A stretch of DNA of 54,625 bases, from NCBI GenBank assembly GCA_035646635.1, contig DASRPA010000283.1, positions 1 to 54,625 on the forward strand. Direction: 5' to 3'. A model generated the notes under the pieces. The model was not told where the DNA came from. It did not search any database and was given only the letters and a program-made list of their open reading frames with translations. Both the position numbers and the translations under genes were made by a program. Origin of the DNA: Actinomycetota bacterium (GTDB taxonomy: Bacteria > Actinomycetota > CADDZG01 > WHSQ01). Below are positions 16,835-28,261 of the stretch, piece by piece. Numbering within the stretch: the stretch's first letter is position 1; the number at the start of each line of letters is the position of its first letter.

Positions 16835-17733
16835 CGGCCGTCCCTCGATATCGCCACCGGCTCCTTGTCCAAAGCTTCGATCAACATCTGCGCAGCTCGA
16901 ACAGCGGCGGTGGGGTCGGCCCTGCCCGTTCCCGCGAGGTCGGGGGCCGATCCGTGCACCGGCTCGAACAGACCGATGCATCTGCTGGGCCTGGTGGCGG
17001 GCTCGGGATGGAGGTTGGCGCTCGCAGCGCTGCCCAGCCCTCCCGATAACCCGGCGGCCAGATCCGAGAGCACGTCTCCGAAGAGGTTGTCGGTCAACAC
17101 CACATCGAAACCCTCCGGCTCCATCACAAGTAGATACGCGGCCGCATCGGCGTGTTGATAGTGCAGTGACACGTCGGAGAACTCTCTTGAAACCTCTGTC
17201 ACCACCTCTGACCATAGCGAGCCGGCGTGAACCAGAACGTTCGTCTTGTGAACCCAGGTCAAGCGGCTGCCGCCGCGCGCCGCGAGCTCGAACGCATAGC
17301 GCGCGCAACGCTCGATTGCCGCTCTCGTGTTGACGCTCGTCTCTGTCGCTGTGTTCGGCTCCCGGCTCCCAACGCCCGAGTAGGGGCCTTCGGTGTTCTC
17401 GCGCACGAACGTCACGCCCAGCTCGGGGAACGGACGCAGATTGACATAGAGGTCGAGCTCCTTGCGCAGCCTGAGCAGCACGCCTCGCTCGAGCACTCCA
17501 TCGGGCACCCGAGGATCGCCGATGGCGCCGAACAACAGCGCGTCCGACTCCCTGATCGTGCTGAGATCCTCATCCTCCAGTAACCGGCCGGTGGACAGAT
17601 AGCGTTCTGCTCCCACCTCGAGCATCTCTAGCTCGAAGTCGTCCGGCAGCTCGCGGAGAGCAACTTCGATGACTTCGGCTCCGATGCCATCTCCCGCGAG
17701 CACCGAGACCCGCCTTGTGGCCACCGGCTTCAA
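16831..17733 (-). CDS. leuB: 3-isopropylmalate dehydrogenase-family enzyme (short form)
   Basis: 300 aa. VLAGDGIGAEV..., LFGAIGDP, NLRP, VRENTEG, TDNLFGDVLSD, FEPVHGSAPD. The start is TTG at 17733 (TTGA overlap with the leuA stop) or GTG at 17724. The leuB assignment rests on family motifs plus context; tartrate or isocitrate dehydrogenase relatives are not excluded. Confidence 0.8.
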   Translation of the reverse strand: MKPVATRRVSVLAGDGIGAEVIEVALRELPDDFELEMLEVGAERYLSTGRLLEDEDLSTIRESDALLFGAIGDPRVPDGVLERGVLLRLRKELDLYVNLRPFPELGVTFVRENTEGPYSGVGSREPNTATETSVNTRAAIERCARYAFELAARGGSRLTWVHKTNVLVHAGSLWSEVVTEVSREFSDVSLHYQHADAAAYLLVMEPEGFDVVLTDNLFGDVLSDLAAGLSGGLGSAASANLHPEPATRPSRCIGLFEPVHGSAPDLAGTGRADPTAAVRAAQMLIEALDKEPVAISRDGR

Positions 17734-19352
17734 CCCCGCAACGGCGCAATCTGCCGAGGCGAAACAGCGATCAGGCGATTGACGGCCGAGAGGTAGGCGC
17801 GTGCCGAGGCTTCGACCACGTCGGTGGAGACCCCCCGGCCCGTTGCCCTTCTCACGGGAACGTCGTCGGTGCCGCCGGAGGCAAGCACTATGGTCACATC
17901 ACCGAGCGCATCGATGCCTCCGGTGACGCTCGACACGTTGAAAGACTCGAGCCGCGCTTCGATGCCGGTGGCGCGTTGGATAGCGCCGCAGGCGGCATCG
18001 ATCATGCCGTCGCCTATCGCCGACTCATCGATGATCGCATCCGCGCGCCGCAGCCGGACCGTGGCTGTGGGGGACATATGCGTCCCGCCCGCAACCTGAA
18101 TCGAGATCATCTCGTACTCTTCCGCATCGGATGACAGCTCATCGGCCACGATGGCTTCGAGGTCGATGTCGGTGATCCGGATCTTGCGGTCCGCGAGCGA
18201 CTTGAAGCGCTCGAAGGCCTTTTGGATCTCTGCCTTGTCGAGATGGAAGCCCATCTCCTCGAGCGCGTTGGCGAACGCGTGGCGGCCCGAATGCTTGCCG
18301 AGCACGATGCGCGAGCCCTCGAGCCCGACATCGACCGGATCCATGATCTCGTAGGTGGTCCTTTCGGCCATCACGCCGTGCTGGTGGATCCCGGCTTCAT
18401 GAGCGAAGGCGTTGGCGCCGACAATCGCCTTGTTCGGGGGCACCGCATAGCCGGTGAGCATCGAGACGAGCCTCGAAGTGCGTGCGATCTCCTTCGAGTT
18501 AACGACCGTGTCGCACCCGCCGACCGATTGGCGAGTGCGCAGTGCCATCACTACTTCCTCGAGCGAGCAGTTCCCGGCTCGCTCGCCTATGCCATTGACG
18601 GCGACCTCGATCTGTCGAGCCCCCGCCCCCACCCCCGCCAGTGCGTTGGCTACGGCGAGTCCGAGGTCGTCATGGGTATGGACGCTCCAGATCACCTCTT
18701 CTGAGACCTCTGCGGCGAGAAAACGCAGCAGCTCCGCGAACTCGGCCGGAAGGCTGTAGCCCACGGTGTCGGGCAGGTTCAGAGTCGTTGCGCCCGCCCG
18801 AGCGGTGGCCCTGTAGACCTCGACCAAGAAGGCCGGGTCGCTGCGGGTCGCGTCCTCGCACGAGAACTCGACGTCGTCGACGTGGGAGCGCGCCCGCTCG
18901 ACACCGCGCGTCGCCGCCTCGAGGACCTCGGCCGCTGACATACGGAGCTTGTGTTTCATGTGGATCTCGCTCGTCGCGATAAACGTGTGGATTCGGGCTC
19001 TCTGGGCACTGCCAACGGCCTCTGCCGCCCGGTCGATATCGCGAGGATCGACGCGTGCCAGCCCCGCGATGATCGGGCCCTTGACCTGAGAGGCGATCGC
19101 CTTGACTGCTTCGGTCTCACCGTCGGAGGAGATTGGAAAACCGGCTTCGATGACGTCCACGCCCAAGCGCGCGAGCTGCTCGGCGATCTCGACCTTCTCT
19201 CTCAAGTTCAGAGAGATGCCGGGTGACTGCTCGCCGTCTCTAAGAGTCGTATCGAAGATGCGTACGTTGTGGAAGCTCGATTCGGCGGACGTGACTTCGG
19301 TGGCTACATCGCCCTCCTCGACATCGCCTGCGGTTACTTCCGTTTCATCCAC
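17730..19352 (-). CDS. leuA: 2-isopropylmalate synthase
   Basis: [16 protein letters not shown]..., [12 protein letters not shown], and its own C-terminal LeuA_dimer domain. I place the start at GTG 19352 (GGGAGA 8 nt upstream), the last in-frame start; it overlaps the ilvC 3' end by 19 nt. The track's 19460 start would overlap ilvC by 127 nt. Confidence 0.9.
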   Translation of the reverse strand: MDETEVTAGDVEEGDVATEVTSAESSFHNVRIFDTTLRDGEQSPGISLNLREKVEIAEQLARLGVDVIEAGFPISSDGETEAVKAIASQVKGPIIAGLARVDPRDIDRAAEAVGSAQRARIHTFIATSEIHMKHKLRMSAAEVLEAATRGVERARSHVDDVEFSCEDATRSDPAFLVEVYRATARAGATTLNLPDTVGYSLPAEFAELLRFLAAEVSEEVIWSVHTHDDLGLAVANALAGVGAGARQIEVAVNGIGERAGNCSLEEVVMALRTRQSVGGCDTVVNSKEIARTSRLVSMLTGYAVPPNKAIVGANAFAHEAGIHQHGVMAERTTYEIMDPVDVGLEGSRIVLGKHSGRHAFANALEEMGFHLDKAEIQKAFERFKSLADRKIRITDIDLEAIVADELSSDAEEYEMISIQVAGGTHMSPTATVRLRRADAIIDESAIGDGMIDAACGAIQRATGIEARLESFNVSSVTGGIDALGDVTIVLASGGTDDVPVRRATGRGVSTDVVEASARAYLSAVNRLIAVSPRQIAPLRG

Positions 19353-20332
19353 GACATCATCTCCCTGAGCCGAGCCCCGACCTCTTCGATCGGGTGCTGT
19401 GTCTGGCGGCGCCGTTCGGCGTCGAGTACCGGGGTGCCGGCGCGGTTCTCGAGGACCCATTCACGGGCGAAGGCGCCGGAACGCACATCCTCGAGTGTCT
19501 TTCTCATGGCAGCCTCGACCTCGGGCCCGATGATCTCCTTGCCGCGCGTCAGGTCCCCGTATTCGGCGGTATCCGAGATCGCATCACGCATGCCGGCGAA
19601 GCCGCCCTCATAGAGCAGGTCGACGATCAGCTTTAGCTCGTGCATACACTCGAAGTAGGCGATCTCGGGCTGATAACCGGCTTCGACCAGAGTCTCGAAG
19701 CCGGCCTGAATAAGTCGTGACGTCCCACCGCACAACACCGCCTGCTCGCCGAACAGATCGGTCTCGGTCTCTTCTGCAAACGTCGTCTCGAGCACTCCGG
19801 CGCGCGCACAGCCAAGTCCGCGCGCATATGCAAGTGCCCTGGACATGGCTTCCCCGGTGGCGTCCTGGTGAATCGCCACGAGTGCAGGAGTGCCGCTGTT
19901 CTCCTCGTAGGTCCTGCGCACCAGAGGGCCGGGCGCCTTGGGTGCGACCATCGACACGTCGATGGAGTCGGGTGGGCGGATCTGGCCGAAATGGATGTTG
20001 AAGCCGTGCGCGAACAGCAAGGTCGCTTCCGACTTTAGATTGTTCTCGACCGCCTCGCGATACACCGCCGCCTGATGCTGATCGGGCACCAGCATCGCCA
20101 CGAGATCGGCATCTGCACAGGCTTCGTGGACGCTTGCCACCCGAAGGCCATCGTTCTCCGCCCGAGTCCACGAAGGCGAGTCCTTGCGCAGCCCGACCGT
20201 CACGTCCAAACCGGAATCGAGAAGGTTAAGAGCGTGTGCTCTCCCCTGAGACCCGTAACCGAGAATCGTGACGTGCTTGCCCTCGAGCGGCGCGCCCGGG
20301 GCGTCGTTCTCGTAGTAGATGCGAGCTGCCAT
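19334..20332 (-). CDS. ilvC: Ketol-acid reductoisomerase (class I)
   Basis: 332 aa. [11 protein letters not shown]...[19 protein letters not shown]...AHGFNIHF... Confidence 0.95.
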   Translation of the reverse strand: MAARIYYENDAPGAPLEGKHVTILGYGSQGRAHALNLLDSGLDVTVGLRKDSPSWTRAENDGLRVASVHEACADADLVAMLVPDQHQAAVYREAVENNLKSEATLLFAHGFNIHFGQIRPPDSIDVSMVAPKAPGPLVRRTYEENSGTPALVAIHQDATGEAMSRALAYARGLGCARAGVLETTFAEETETDLFGEQAVLCGGTSRLIQAGFETLVEAGYQPEIAYFECMHELKLIVDLLYEGGFAGMRDAISDTAEYGDLTRGKEIIGPEVEAAMRKTLEDVRSGAFAREWVLENRAGTPVLDAERRRQTQHPIEEVGARLREMMSWMKRK

Positions 20333-20392
20333 TTGGATGCTCCCCTTTCTTTAGGCGCCGGCCCCGCCGGCGTCCGAAATGCGGCCCTCTCT

Positions 20393-20419
20393 TAAGAGGC
20401 TTCTTCTAAGAGGCTTCTT
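20393..20419. repeat. 14-bp tandem duplication (taagaggcttctt, two copies) spanning the ilvN stop codon
   Basis: Exact 13-mers at 20393-20405 and 20407-20419. On the coding strand this reads ..CAA GAA GCC TCT TAG AAGAAGCCTCTTAAG. Confidence 0.85.
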
Positions 20420-20938
20420 GGACCGGGACGGGCCTGAGGACACCGGCCCGCAGTCCCCTGGCGCCGCGTCCCAGCGCGACCCTGCCGGTGCGTGCCATCT
20501 CGATGATCCCGAAGGGGCTCAACAGTTGCAACAACGCCTCGATCTTCTCGGGCGTGCCGGTGGCCTCCACGACGATGGATTCGGGGTCGACATCGATCAC
20601 CTTGGCTCTGAAGATCTCGACCATCTCGAGCACCTCGGCGCGGCGGCCCGCACCTGCGCCCACCTTGATCAGAGCGAGCTCGCGCTCGACCGACGCGTTG
20701 TGCGACAGCTCCGCGATGCGGAGCACGTTGATGAGCTTATGCAGCTGCTTGGTGACATGCTCGAGCGGCTTGTTGTCCACCGAGACGACGATCGTCATGC
20801 GTGAGACCGCGGGATCCTCCGTCTCCCCCACCGCAAGCGAGTCGATGTTGAACCCGCGCCGGGCAAACAATCCCGAGATACGGGCGAGCACGCCCGGCTT
20901 GTTCTCAACCAGCACGGACAATGTCTGGCTGGTGGTGT

Positions 20939-20942
<4 letters not shown>
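20406..20942 (-). CDS. ilvN: Acetolactate synthase small (regulatory) subunit
   Basis: 178 aa, GTG start overlapping the ilvB stop (GTGA). [32 protein letters not shown] is an ACT domain. Confidence 0.95.
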
Positions 20943-22687
<1,745 letters not shown>

Positions 22688-22721
22688 CGTCTTCCCCTCT
22701 TTGCCTGGATGCGGATACGAG

Positions 22722-22985
22722 TCATGGCCGGCCCCCGCTTCGAACCCGGTAGGAATAAGCAGCGAGGTTGTACAGCGCACGCGAGAAGGCCTCTTGAGAG
22801 CTGTCGCGCCGCTCGGCGGCGATCTCCTCCGAGCCCAGGAGCCCGGTCAGGAACGAGTCCTCGGTCTGAAAGTAGCGCTCGAACCAGGATCTTCTGGCCT
22901 CGTCGGCGAGCTCGAGCCTTACCGCACCGGGCGCCGTCCACTCTGCGCTTCCGACGTAGTTGCGGTCGTAGATCTCTGCCTTCAT
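22722..22985 (-). CDS. Hypothetical 87-aa protein, first cistron after the ilv attenuator
   Basis: ATG at 22985 with an AAGGAG Shine-Dalgarno (ccaaggagaagcgATG). High third-position G+[46 protein letters not shown]... has no family I recognise. Confidence 0.55.
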   Translation of the reverse strand: MKAEIYDRNYVGSAEWTAPGAVRLELADEARRSWFERYFQTEDSFLTGLLGSEEIAAERRDSSQEAFSRALYNLAAYSYRVRSGGRP

Positions 22986-23030
22986 CGCTTCTCCTTGGTT
23001 GGTCTCGTCGCTGCGGGGGGTTTGCGGCCA

Positions 23031-23057
23031 ACAAAAAACCCTCCGGTTCTCGGAGGG
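23031..23057 (-). terminator. Intrinsic terminator of the ilv attenuator (CCCTCCG-agaac-CGGAGGG followed by TTTTTTGTT)
   Basis: Minus strand: the 7-bp G+C stem occupies 23057-23039, followed by a T6 tract (23038-23033). It lies between the leader ORF and orf87/ilvB. Confidence 0.7.
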
Positions 23058-23099
23058 TTGGCGCACGTTCCTGCGGCCTTGGGAGCCGAAGAACGCGCG

Positions 23100-23189
23100 C
23101 TAGCTAATAAGTACGAGGTTGATCAGGAAGAGGCGGCCCAGGGCGCGCGCGGCCCCCACACTGAGGGCGCGGTGTTCGTGTCTGTCCAT
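23100..23189 (-). CDS. Branched-chain amino-acid leader peptide (29 codons): MDRHEHRALSVGAARALGRLFLINLVLIS
   Basis: Below the ORF-track size cut-off. ATG at 23189, TAG at 23102-23100. The last 10 codons hold 4 Leu, 2 Ile and 1 Val. A 10-bp hairpin (GCGCGCGTTC...GAACGTGCGC) follows immediately, then the terminator. Confidence 0.65.
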   Translation of the reverse strand: MDRHEHRALSVGAARALGRLFLINLVLIS

Positions 23190-23198
23190 TAGCGCAAA

Positions 23199-23227
23199 AG
23201 TATGGGGCACCAGTTGAAGGATGTCAA
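23199..23227 (-). promoter_or_regulatory. Candidate promoter of the ilv-leu operon (TTGACA-17 nt-CATACT)
   Basis: Minus strand: TTGACA at 23227-23222, a 17-nt spacer, then CATACT at 23204-23199. The leader ATG lies 9 nt after the -10, implying a near-leaderless leader transcript. Confidence 0.5.
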
Positions 23228-23246
23228 ACTCGGCCCGCCGTTGGGC

Positions 23247-23693
23247 TCAGAGGTCCCCCGTCAACACCTGCAGCGCCTCGGAAGCTCGGTGTCCCGCCGG
23301 CACCAGATTTGCGATGCTGCGGTCGAACGTCACCAGGCGCGCTCCGTGTCGCAGCGAGACTGCGAGCAAGTGTGCATCTGACACCTGCTGATGGCCGACG
23401 AGCATCGCCCGAGCGACCAGCGGCGAGGTGACCAGCGAGACGTCATCGTTGAGGAAGCTGTGGCCAGGCCACTCTCTGAGACGCCGCAGCAGCTCGATTG
23501 CCTCGCCCGGCGTCACCGCGTGAACAACGGCTCTTGCGTTAGACGAAACGCGTACGAAACCGCTCTCGGTGAGGGGGCACGTTGCCCAACCGCGGCTCGA
23601 TTCCTGCTCGAACCACCGCCGAGCGGGGACGTGGTGGACGTGATTCGGCCACGCCAGTGCCACCAAGATGTTGATGTCGGCAAGGGCGGTCAA
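23247..23693 (-). CDS. vapC: PIN-domain toxin, VapC family
   Basis: 148 aa. DINILVALAWPNHVHH...; its start overlaps the antitoxin stop, the usual TA arrangement. Confidence 0.8.
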   Translation of the reverse strand: MTALADINILVALAWPNHVHHVPARRWFEQESSRGWATCPLTESGFVRVSSNARAVVHAVTPGEAIELLRRLREWPGHSFLNDDVSLVTSPLVARAMLVGHQQVSDAHLLAVSLRHGARLVTFDRSIANLVPAGHRASEALQVLTGDL

Positions 23694-23911
23694 CGGTCGT
23701 CGAGCGCGCGGCGCACGGCGTCGGGCGTGATGACCTCGGCCCCCGGAGGTACTGCGAACACCGGTGGCCCCTCGTCTCGCACCCGGGCGGGGCCGGTGAG
23801 ACCTCGTCGGGCGAGGCGGGAGATCGCCTGTCCGACCGACACTCCCTGCGACACCGCCAGCGAGCGGGCTGCGGCTAGGACGTCATCGTCGATAGTGAGT
23901 GTGGTTCGCAT
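23690..23911 (-). CDS. vapB: Type II antitoxin, VapB family
   Basis: [19 protein letters not shown]... is a typical N-terminus for this antitoxin family. ATG at 23911, or GTG at 23914. Confidence 0.8.
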   Translation of the reverse strand: MRTTLTIDDDVLAAARSLAVSQGVSVGQAISRLARRGLTGPARVRDEGPPVFAVPPGAEVITPDAVRRALDDR

Positions 23912-23917
23912 CACAAC

Positions 23918-23946
23918 ATCATAGCATCACGATGTTAACGGCCCAA
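23918..23946 (-). promoter_or_regulatory. Candidate vapBC promoter (TTGGGC-17 nt-TATGAT), leaderless configuration
   Basis: Minus strand: TTGGGC at 23946-23941, a 17-nt spacer, then TATGAT at 23923-23918. ATG at 23911 is 6 nt after the -10. An inverted repeat AACATC-N10-GATGTT overlaps it. Confidence 0.4.
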
Positions 23947-23991
23947 CTTTGTGGCCGTAACCACCTCCGAGGTGGTTGGAGGCTCAAAGTT
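23942..23991. repeat. 50-nt imperfect palindrome, family B, copy 1 (core AACCACC-tccga-GGTGGTT flanked by CTTTG...CAAAG)
   Basis: cccaactttgtggccgtaaccacctccgaggtggttggaggctcaaagtt. About 41 of 50 positions are identical to 48303-48352 in my hand alignment. Confidence 0.8.
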
Positions 23992-24093
23992 GACAATGTT
24001 CCGCCTCGGCCCCCTCAACCGCCCGGAGCCGCTGCTTGTATCGTCGGTCGTGCCGGGCCGATCCCACTCACACGACTCAACCAAGGAGCACCA

Positions 24094-25812
24094 ATGAGCG
24101 ACCCCTACTCGGAGCCCTCCGACCCCGCCAAGCGCATCAGCAGCCGGCTCACCGACGGAACCGATCGGGCCGGGGCCCGAGCCATGCTGAAGGCGGTCGG
24201 CTTCTCGGACCAGGACCTCTCGAAGCCGATCATCGGCGTGGCCACCACCTGGCTCGAGACCATGCCGTGCAACCTCAACCAGCGGGAGCTGGCGGCTCAG
24301 GTCAAGGCCGGGATCAGGGCGGCCGGGGGCACGCCCATGGAGTTCAACACGATCTCTGTATCTGACGGCGTGTCGATGGGGACCGAGGGGATGCGTGCCT
24401 CACTCATCAGCCGGGAGGTGATAGCGGACTCGATCGAGCTCGTCGCACGCGGACATCTCTTCGACGGGCTTGTGTGCCTGGTGGGCTGTGACAAGACCAT
24501 TCCGGGAGCGGTCATGGCGCTGTGCCGGCTCGACATTCCCGGCTTCGTGCTCTACTCGGGCTCAATCGCTCCGGGACGTTGGCGGGGCAAAGATGTGACG
24601 CTGCAAGATGTCTTCGAAGCGGTCGGCCGCCACGCCGCCGGAAAGCTCTCAGCAGAGGATCTGCATTCACTCGAGAACGTCGCCTGTCCGGGCGCCGGCG
24701 CCTGCGGAGGCCACTTCACCGCGAACACGATGGCGACAGCGGTTGAGTTCCTCGGCATCACTCCGGCGGGACTCGGCGACATTCCGGCCACCGCCCCGGG
24801 CAAGAAGGCGGCCGCGGAGCAGGCGGGCAAGATCGCAGTCGAGGTCACTCGCAAGAACGTACGGCCGTCTCAGATCATCACCCGGGCCGCACTGGAGAAC
24901 GCCATCACATCGGTGGCCGGGACGGGAGGCTCGACCAACGGAGTCCTCCATATGTTGGCGATTGCACGCGAGCTGGGGGTCGAGCTCTCGATTGACGACT
25001 TCGATGTGATCGCCGCCCGCACGCCGATCGTCGCCGACCTCAAGCCGGGTGGGAGGTTCACCGCGGTAGACATGTACGAGGCCGGCGGAATGGCGCTGGT
25101 GGCGCGGGAGCTGGACAGGGCGGGGCTGCTCCATTCCGATGCCGTCACGGTGGACGGCCGCACACTCGGGGAGATCGCTTCGGGCGCGCGCGAGACGGTC
25201 GGACAAGAGGTTGTGGTCCCGGCGGATCGGCCCCTCAAGAAAAGCGGCGGCCTGGCGATCCTGCGAGGCAACCTCGCTCCCGAGGGGTGCGTGGTCAAGC
25301 TCGCCGGCCACGAGCGGCTCTTCCACCGCGGACCGGCGCGCGTCTTCGACTCTGAGGAAGACTGCTTCGAAGCCGTCAAGAAGGGTTTGATCACGAGCGG
25401 GGACGTCGTCGTGATCCGCTACGAGGGCCCGGCCGGCGGCCCCGGCATGCGAGAGATGCTCGCCGTCACCGCGGCCCTCGTGGGAGAGGACCTGGACGAC
25501 TCGGTGGCGCTGATCACGGACGGACGCTTCTCGGGCGCCACGCACGGGCTGATGGTCGGCCACATTGCACCCGAGGCGGCCCACGGAGGTCCCATCGCGG
25601 CCCTCGAGGACGGCGATGTAATCGAGATAGACGTCGACGCCAGGGAGCTGCGCGTGAACCTGTCCGACGAAGAGATCGGCAAGCGGCTGGCGGACTGGAA
25701 CCCACCGGCCCCCCGCTACACAAGCGGCGTGTTCGCCAAGTACGCACAGACGGTGGCTTCGGCCTCCGAGGGGGCGATAACGAACCCGGGAGCGATGGAG
25801 CGGCAGGCGTGA
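24094..25812 (+). CDS. ilvD: Dihydroxy-acid dehydratase
   Basis: ATG at 24094 after AAGGAG. MSDPYSE...[10 protein letters not shown]...CDKTIPG...[10 protein letters not shown]-type motifs ([15 protein letters not shown]). Confidence 0.95.
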   Translation: MSDPYSEPSDPAKRISSRLTDGTDRAGARAMLKAVGFSDQDLSKPIIGVATTWLETMPCNLNQRELAAQVKAGIRAAGGTPMEFNTISVSDGVSMGTEGMRASLISREVIADSIELVARGHLFDGLVCLVGCDKTIPGAVMALCRLDIPGFVLYSGSIAPGRWRGKDVTLQDVFEAVGRHAAGKLSAEDLHSLENVACPGAGACGGHFTANTMATAVEFLGITPAGLGDIPATAPGKKAAAEQAGKIAVEVTRKNVRPSQIITRAALENAITSVAGTGGSTNGVLHMLAIARELGVELSIDDFDVIAARTPIVADLKPGGRFTAVDMYEAGGMALVARELDRAGLLHSDAVTVDGRTLGEIASGARETVGQEVVVPADRPLKKSGGLAILRGNLAPEGCVVKLAGHERLFHRGPARVFDSEEDCFEAVKKGLITSGDVVVIRYEGPAGGPGMREMLAVTAALVGEDLDDSVALITDGRFSGATHGLMVGHIAPEAAHGGPIAALEDGDVIEIDVDARELRVNLSDEEIGKRLADWNPPAPRYTSGVFAKYAQTVASASEGAITNPGAMERQA

Positions 25813-25898
25813 GCGTTTTCCCCGGCTCTGAACCGGGCCGGAGCAACATTGGAGCTGTACCTACACCCGGTGTGGGCAGAGCTCCAAAGTACGGCGGC

Positions 25899-27311
25899 TT
25901 ACAGCGAGGCCAGCGGCGGCTCCCAGTCGGGGTGGGCCTTCTTGAGCCAACGCTGCTCCGCCCGGCCCAGCTTCGTCTTGGGCTCAGCCCCCTCCCACAG
26001 CTCACGGGCAATCGACTGCCAGTTGTTCGTGACCTCGAGCCTGCCCAACACCGAGTGCACGCCGAACGACATGCGATTGAACGTGACCATGACGCCGGGG
26101 ACGCCGAGCCGCCTCAGTGCCTGGAACGCCTCCGAACGAGGGTCGAAGCCGGCCGCGGCCGCCTTTTGCACGACCGCCTGATCGATGGTGAAGTCGCCGT
26201 CCACCAGCACCGGCCTGTTGAGCTCGACCAGGTGATCCCAGATGGCGTCTATCTCAGGGGTCCGGGCCGTGAGGATGCCGAGCCCTTCCAGCGCCCTCCT
26301 CTCCCGGTCCCGGTCCCCGGCGATGAGGGCCTGGATGATCTCGAGGAGATGCTCGTGCGTGCCAGGGTCCAATGCGCGAACGAGCCCGAAGTCCAGGAAT
26401 GCGACCTTGTCCTTGCCCAGCAGGAGGTAGTTGCCGGGGTGGGGGTCGGCGGAGAAGAGCCTGAAGCGGTTGAGGCTGCCGTAGAAGAAGCGGAACACGA
26501 TCTCGCCCAGCCGGTCTCTGTCTACCTTCTCCCACTCGAGCGCGGATAGAAACGAGTCGCCCTCGATGAACTCCTGAGTGATCACTCTCGTGCGGCAGTA
26601 GTCCGGGTACACGCGCGGGATAACTATGAACGGATGCCCTTTGTAGAGCTCGTGGAAGCGCATCTGGTTGGAGGCCTCGCGCTTGTAGTCGAGCTCTTCC
26701 AAAACTCGCTCTTTGACCTCACGCGCGACCTCGCTGGGGTCCATGTTGGGAGCGATCGCAACCGCCAGCTTGGTGAGCGCCGAGACGTTCTTGAGGTCCG
26801 CGCGCACAGCTTCGTCGACGCCCGGATACTGCACTTTGATTGCGACCTTCTCCCCGGTCTTAAGCTCGGCCCTGTGCACCTGACCGATCGAGGCCGAGGC
26901 CACGGCCTCGTCTTCGAAGTTCGAGAAGACCTCATCGGCAGGGACGCCGAACTCCTCCTCGATGACCTTGCGAGAAGCACCCCCTTCCATGGGCGGCGCC
27001 GAGTTCTGCAACATCGTCAGCGCATCGCGATAGGTCTGTAGCTCGCCCGAGCCCGACAGCTCGTAGAAGGACGCGAGCTGGCCCACCTTCATCGCCGCCC
27101 CCTTCATCTCTCCGAGCATTTGGACGAGCTGGCGGGCGGTCTGCTCGTGGAAGCCATCGAGGTATTCCTGAGCCCGGTCGGGCGACGCAAACGATTTGAA
27201 GCGCGTGCCTACGAAGCGCGCCGCCGAGAGGCCGGTTTGGCCCGCCAGGCGCGCGCCTCTTTCCATCCATCCGGTTGGAATGGGTCCTTTGGGTGCCTTT
27301 TCCTTTGCCAT
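25899..27311 (-). CDS. ABC1/UbiB-family atypical kinase
   Basis: 470 aa. ASIGQVHRAELKTGEKVAIKVQYPGV..., ADPHPGNYLL..., FLDFGLV. Confidence 0.85.
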   Translation of the reverse strand: MAKEKAPKGPIPTGWMERGARLAGQTGLSAARFVGTRFKSFASPDRAQEYLDGFHEQTARQLVQMLGEMKGAAMKVGQLASFYELSGSGELQTYRDALTMLQNSAPPMEGGASRKVIEEEFGVPADEVFSNFEDEAVASASIGQVHRAELKTGEKVAIKVQYPGVDEAVRADLKNVSALTKLAVAIAPNMDPSEVAREVKERVLEELDYKREASNQMRFHELYKGHPFIVIPRVYPDYCRTRVITQEFIEGDSFLSALEWEKVDRDRLGEIVFRFFYGSLNRFRLFSADPHPGNYLLLGKDKVAFLDFGLVRALDPGTHEHLLEIIQALIAGDRDRERRALEGLGILTARTPEIDAIWDHLVELNRPVLVDGDFTIDQAVVQKAAAAGFDPRSEAFQALRRLGVPGVMVTFNRMSFGVHSVLGRLEVTNNWQSIARELWEGAEPKTKLGRAEQRWLKKAHPDWEPPLASL

Positions 27312-27329
27312 TGCGGCTACTGTAAGGCC

Positions 27330-28247
27330 GTGGTCAGACGTGCGCTGCTGGCGCTGTTGGTCGGATTGTTAATGCTCGAAGCCGGAGCGATTCTCGCCGC
27401 GCCTCCTCAAGAAGCGCTCTCGCGGGCAGCAGCCGCCGGCCGGAGCATCAGGCCGTTCTCAACCTATTACGCCATGCGCCATGTTCGCCGTCTCGCCGGC
27501 AGGATCGGGCCACGCGTTAGAGGGACCAGCGCGGAGAAGCGCGCCGCGCGCTATTTCCGACGAAAGCTTCAGGACAAGGGCTACGTCACCAACGTGCAGC
27601 GCTTCGAGGTCGACGGCGGATCGTCCAGGAACGTGGTGGCGTGGTGGCCCGGCGCCCGTCGTTATCCGGTCGTTCTCGGAGCGCACATGGATACGGTCGC
27701 GGGGGCGCCGGGGGCGAACGACAACGCATCGGGCGTCGCCATCCTCATCGACATCGCTCGCGCCCTGGCGGGGCGCAGGCATGTGCGCAACGTGCGACTG
27801 GTGGCATTCGGCTCCGAGGAGTACGGCTCGAACGGCATTCATCACGTCGGCTCGCACGTGTTCGTGAAGCGTCTGGGCGAAAAGGGACGGCGCAGGCTTG
27901 CCGGCGTGGTGTCGGTGGACATGGTTGCCGACGGCCGTCCGCTAATCATCGGCACCGCGGGCATAGGCCATCCGGTGGTGGCGCGCACGTTGTACAGGCG
28001 GTTGAAGCGGGCGGGCTTCGACGTCGTCTACCGCGCGACATGCGACTGCTCCGACAACGGGCCCTTCGAGATCGCCGGTATCCCGGGCGCGTTCATGTGG
28101 AGCGGAATAGAGCCCAACTATCACGACCCCTCCGACACCGTGGCCAACATGTCGCGGCGGGACCTGCGCAGATCGGGCCGGGCCGTACGCCGCTTCGTAA
28201 AAGGCCTCGACGTGAAGACGCTGAGGCAGTTCCGGGCCACGGGCTGA
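27330..28247 (+). CDS. M28-family metallopeptidase (secreted aminopeptidase-like)
   Basis: GTG at 27330 gives the signal peptide VVRRALLALLVGLLMLEAGAILAAP. VVLGAHMDTV...GANDNASGVAILIDIAR...FGSEEYG metal ligands. Confidence 0.8.
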   Translation: MVRRALLALLVGLLMLEAGAILAAPPQEALSRAAAAGRSIRPFSTYYAMRHVRRLAGRIGPRVRGTSAEKRAARYFRRKLQDKGYVTNVQRFEVDGGSSRNVVAWWPGARRYPVVLGAHMDTVAGAPGANDNASGVAILIDIARALAGRRHVRNVRLVAFGSEEYGSNGIHHVGSHVFVKRLGEKGRRRLAGVVSVDMVADGRPLIIGTAGIGHPVVARTLYRRLKRAGFDVVYRATCDCSDNGPFEIAGIPGAFMWSGIEPNYHDPSDTVANMSRRDLRRSGRAVRRFVKGLDVKTLRQFRATG

Positions 28248-28261
28248 GGCATCGGGGGCCG

